Of a stretch of 24,229 nucleotides of DNA, positions 22,716-24,229 are shown one piece after another. The stretch's first letter is position 1, and every line of letters begins with the position of its first letter. Location: NCBI GenBank assembly GCA_036625875.1, contig JAZKSW010000005.1, forward strand, positions 1-24,229, in the 5' to 3' direction. Source of the stretch: Minisyncoccota bacterium (GTDB lineage: Bacteria > Patescibacteriota > Minisyncoccia > Minisyncoccales > JAZKSW01). The notes beneath the pieces are model-generated. The model searched no databases, had not been told where the DNA came from, and saw only the letters and a list, made by a program, of their open reading frames with translations. The translations under genes and the position numbers were made by a program.

Positions 22716-24229
22716 GATTTTAGTAAATCAATTAATTCTTCCATGCCTTTCCAAGAACTTGTGAATAAGAGATGATTCTTGGTTACGGCGTAGCAAATTC
22801 CCAGATCCTCTCGACTAAAGGCCTGACATCTAAAGTTTTGTTGGTTATGAGTGCCTTGAGTAAAGGAATTGCTGTAAGGTTCTCCGTCATAGCCTAATAT
22901 TTCGTAGAAGCTTTCAAAGTCACTTTCCATGTCCGGTTCCCAATTGCTCAGTAACTTGGATAGATCTTCGTTCTTGTTCTCCTTAACTTCAGTGATAAAA
23001 CCCGGCCTTTTCTTCTCTTCGTTAGTATAGACGAAGAAGGTTGAACTTGCCCTTAAGCTAGCGTGAAAGCTAGTAGCAGCCTTTATTTCAAAGACCGAAA
23101 AGATGCTTGATAAGTCGGAAAATTCGTTTTTCTTTTCGTTCTTTATTATTATTCTGGTGAATCCTTTTTCCAATTCTTGTTGTAAATATTCATTCAATAC
23201 GGGAGAAATATCTTCACTGGAAGAAGCTGTTAATATCTTTGTTTGATCCACCTTTATCAGAGAAGCAGAAGGTTTGGGTTCCGGTTCGGGCTCGGGTTCC
23301 GGTTGTGGTTCTTCATGACAAGTCGCTTGTGCTGAACTTGTCGCGGCATACCAGTGAAAGCCTGCATCCGTACAAGTTGTTTCTTTTTCAAAGTCGCTTG
23401 GCTTCTTCGGTCTTACGACTTCTTCTTCCTCCTGTTCTTGTTCGTGGCAAGCGTTATCATACCAGTAAAAGTCGGCATCTTTACAGGATTGCTGGGTAAC
23501 ATAATCTTCGGGGCCTTTGGGTTCTTCTCCTCTTATTGCAAAGAACCAATATCCCAATCCGCCGATCCCCGCTAATAACAAGATTACCAGGACTACAATT
23601 AAAACACGGGATGCTATTTTCTTTCCGGAGGAAGGTCTTTCCGGAACCTCAAATTGTAAATTACCACTTGAGGGTTCGGAAGGAGGTGGTCCTTCCGATT
23701 GTTCTTGTTGAGGTTGAGCGCGCGAACCTCGTTCCGTAGCCTTCTCTTCTTTTATCTTAGATAAAAATTCCTCTCTTTTTTCATCTTCTTCCTCTTGAAT
23801 ATTTTTTAATTTGTTTTTTAGGTTTTCCAGTCTTTCTTTTTTATCTTTTTCTTGTTCTTCTGCTTTTCTCTGTTGTCGGGCTTCTCTTTTTTTATCGAAC
23901 CACTCCTTCTCTTGCTTCTCTGCTTCTTTTTCGGGTGGTTTTGGCGGTTGGTATTGTTCTTTTTCCTCTAATTCTTGTTTCTCTTTCATCATTTCATCTT
24001 CCTCTTGCTGTTTTTGTCTTTCCTTTTTCAGTTTTTCCAAGAATTCGTCTTTTTGTTCTTCTGTTTGCCGACCCTCAACTGACTCTCTGTATTCTTCTTC
24101 TGTCTGTTTTTGTTGCTTTTGAGGTTCCTCTTCCCTCTCTTCTTTCTCCTGCTGTTCGACTTCTTGCGGTTCATTCTCCATCTTTTTTACTTGTTCAACA
24201 GTTTCTTCTTCCTCAGTTGCTTGTTTGGG
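22712..24229 (-). CDS. Highly charged single-pass membrane protein with a duplicated Cys motif; probably 5'-partial, since the reading frame stays open to the window edge
   Basis: At least 489 aa. No in-frame stop lies between the first Met (24181) and the window end. ~200 aa of E/K/Q-rich coiled-coil-like sequence, then a TM (VLIVVLVILLLAGIGGLGYWFFAI). Two repeats of C-x-DA-x-F-x-WY...C-H-E-E (CKDADFYWYDNACHEQ ; CTDAGFHWYAATSSAQATCHEE), a PEPEPEPEP linker and a ~200-aa C-terminal domain of unknown family. Confidence 0.45.
   Translation of the reverse strand, partial: PKQATEEEETVEQVKKMENEPQEVEQQEKEEREEEPQKQQKQTEEEYRESVEGRQTEEQKDEFLEKLKKERQKQQEEDEMMKEKQELEEKEQYQPPKPPEKEAEKQEKEWFDKKREARQQRKAEEQEKDKKERLENLKNKLKNIQEEEDEKREEFLSKIKEEKATERGSRAQPQQEQSEGPPPSEPSSGNLQFEVPERPSSGKKIASRVLIVVLVILLLAGIGGLGYWFFAIRGEEPKGPEDYVTQQSCKDADFYWYDNACHEQEQEEEEVVRPKKPSDFEKETTCTDAGFHWYAATSSAQATCHEEPQPEPEPEPEPKPSASLIKVDQTKILTASSSEDISPVLNEYLQQELEKGFTRIIIKNEKKNEFSDLSSIFSVFEIKAATSFHASLRASSTFFVYTNEEKKRPGFITEVKENKNEDLSKLLSNWEPDMESDFESFYEILGYDGEPYSNSFTQGTHNQQNFRCQAFSREDLGICYAVTKNHLLFTSSWKGMEELIDLLKS

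Noticed and set aside
1-24229. Alternative genetic code (UGA=Gly, code 25) as used by some CPR lineages
   Set aside because: Long ORFs are uninterrupted under the standard code, and several genes end in TGA (e.g. yidD at 6873-6875, virB4-N at 14406-14408). The standard code, table 11, fits.
1-24229. CRISPR arrays, tRNA/rRNA genes, integrases/transposases, and direct repeats flanking the T4SS-like block
   Set aside because: No regularly spaced repeats were seen. No GC-rich 70-90-nt cloverleaf-like segments were seen in any intergenic region. No recombinase-like ORFs were seen. The only long-range repeat, the duplicated leader at 6262-6328 / 15078-15145, is inverted, and it bounds core genes (rnpA-yidC-jag) rather than delimiting an island.

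Overview
This is an AT-rich bacterial chromosomal window (GC roughly in the high 30s by eye, standard genetic code, TGA used as a stop). It carries the canonical replication-origin neighbourhood: ruvC (partial, at the window edge), yebC, a lamin-tail-domain membrane protein and ruvB, then dnaN and dnaA on the minus strand, facing rnpA, yidD, yidC and jag/khpB on the plus strand. Immediately downstream of jag, and convergent with it, sits a tightly packed minus-strand operon. It encodes a Gram-positive/Patescibacteria-style minimal type IV secretion (T4SS)-like apparatus: a 139-aa leader protein, a PrgI/VirB3-like protein, VirB4 split into two translationally coupled ORFs, a small membrane protein, and two tandem paralogous proteins. 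Each paralog is an N-terminal VirB2/TrbC-like pilin domain fused to a huge cysteine-rich ectodomain (864 and 491 aa). A nearby VirB6-like polytopic protein and a divergently transcribed SPFH/band-7 membrane protein flank this operon. The remainder of the window holds rsmA/ksgA, a LysM-M23 peptidase, a dksA/traR-type zinc-finger gene and a charged membrane protein of unknown function. The window shows no relaxase, coupling protein, integrase, tRNA or CRISPR array. Non-coding signals worth follow-up are: a ~55-nt promoter/leader module duplicated upstream of rnpA and of virB4 (23-nt identical core); a GC-rich ~127-nt structured element closed by an 18-bp perfect stem between dnaN and ruvB; a dispersed 26-28-nt AT palindrome in two copies; and a recurring CGCTC(G/C) motif in leaders. 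Family assignments come from my reading of conserved motifs in the translated ORFs; I ran no database search.
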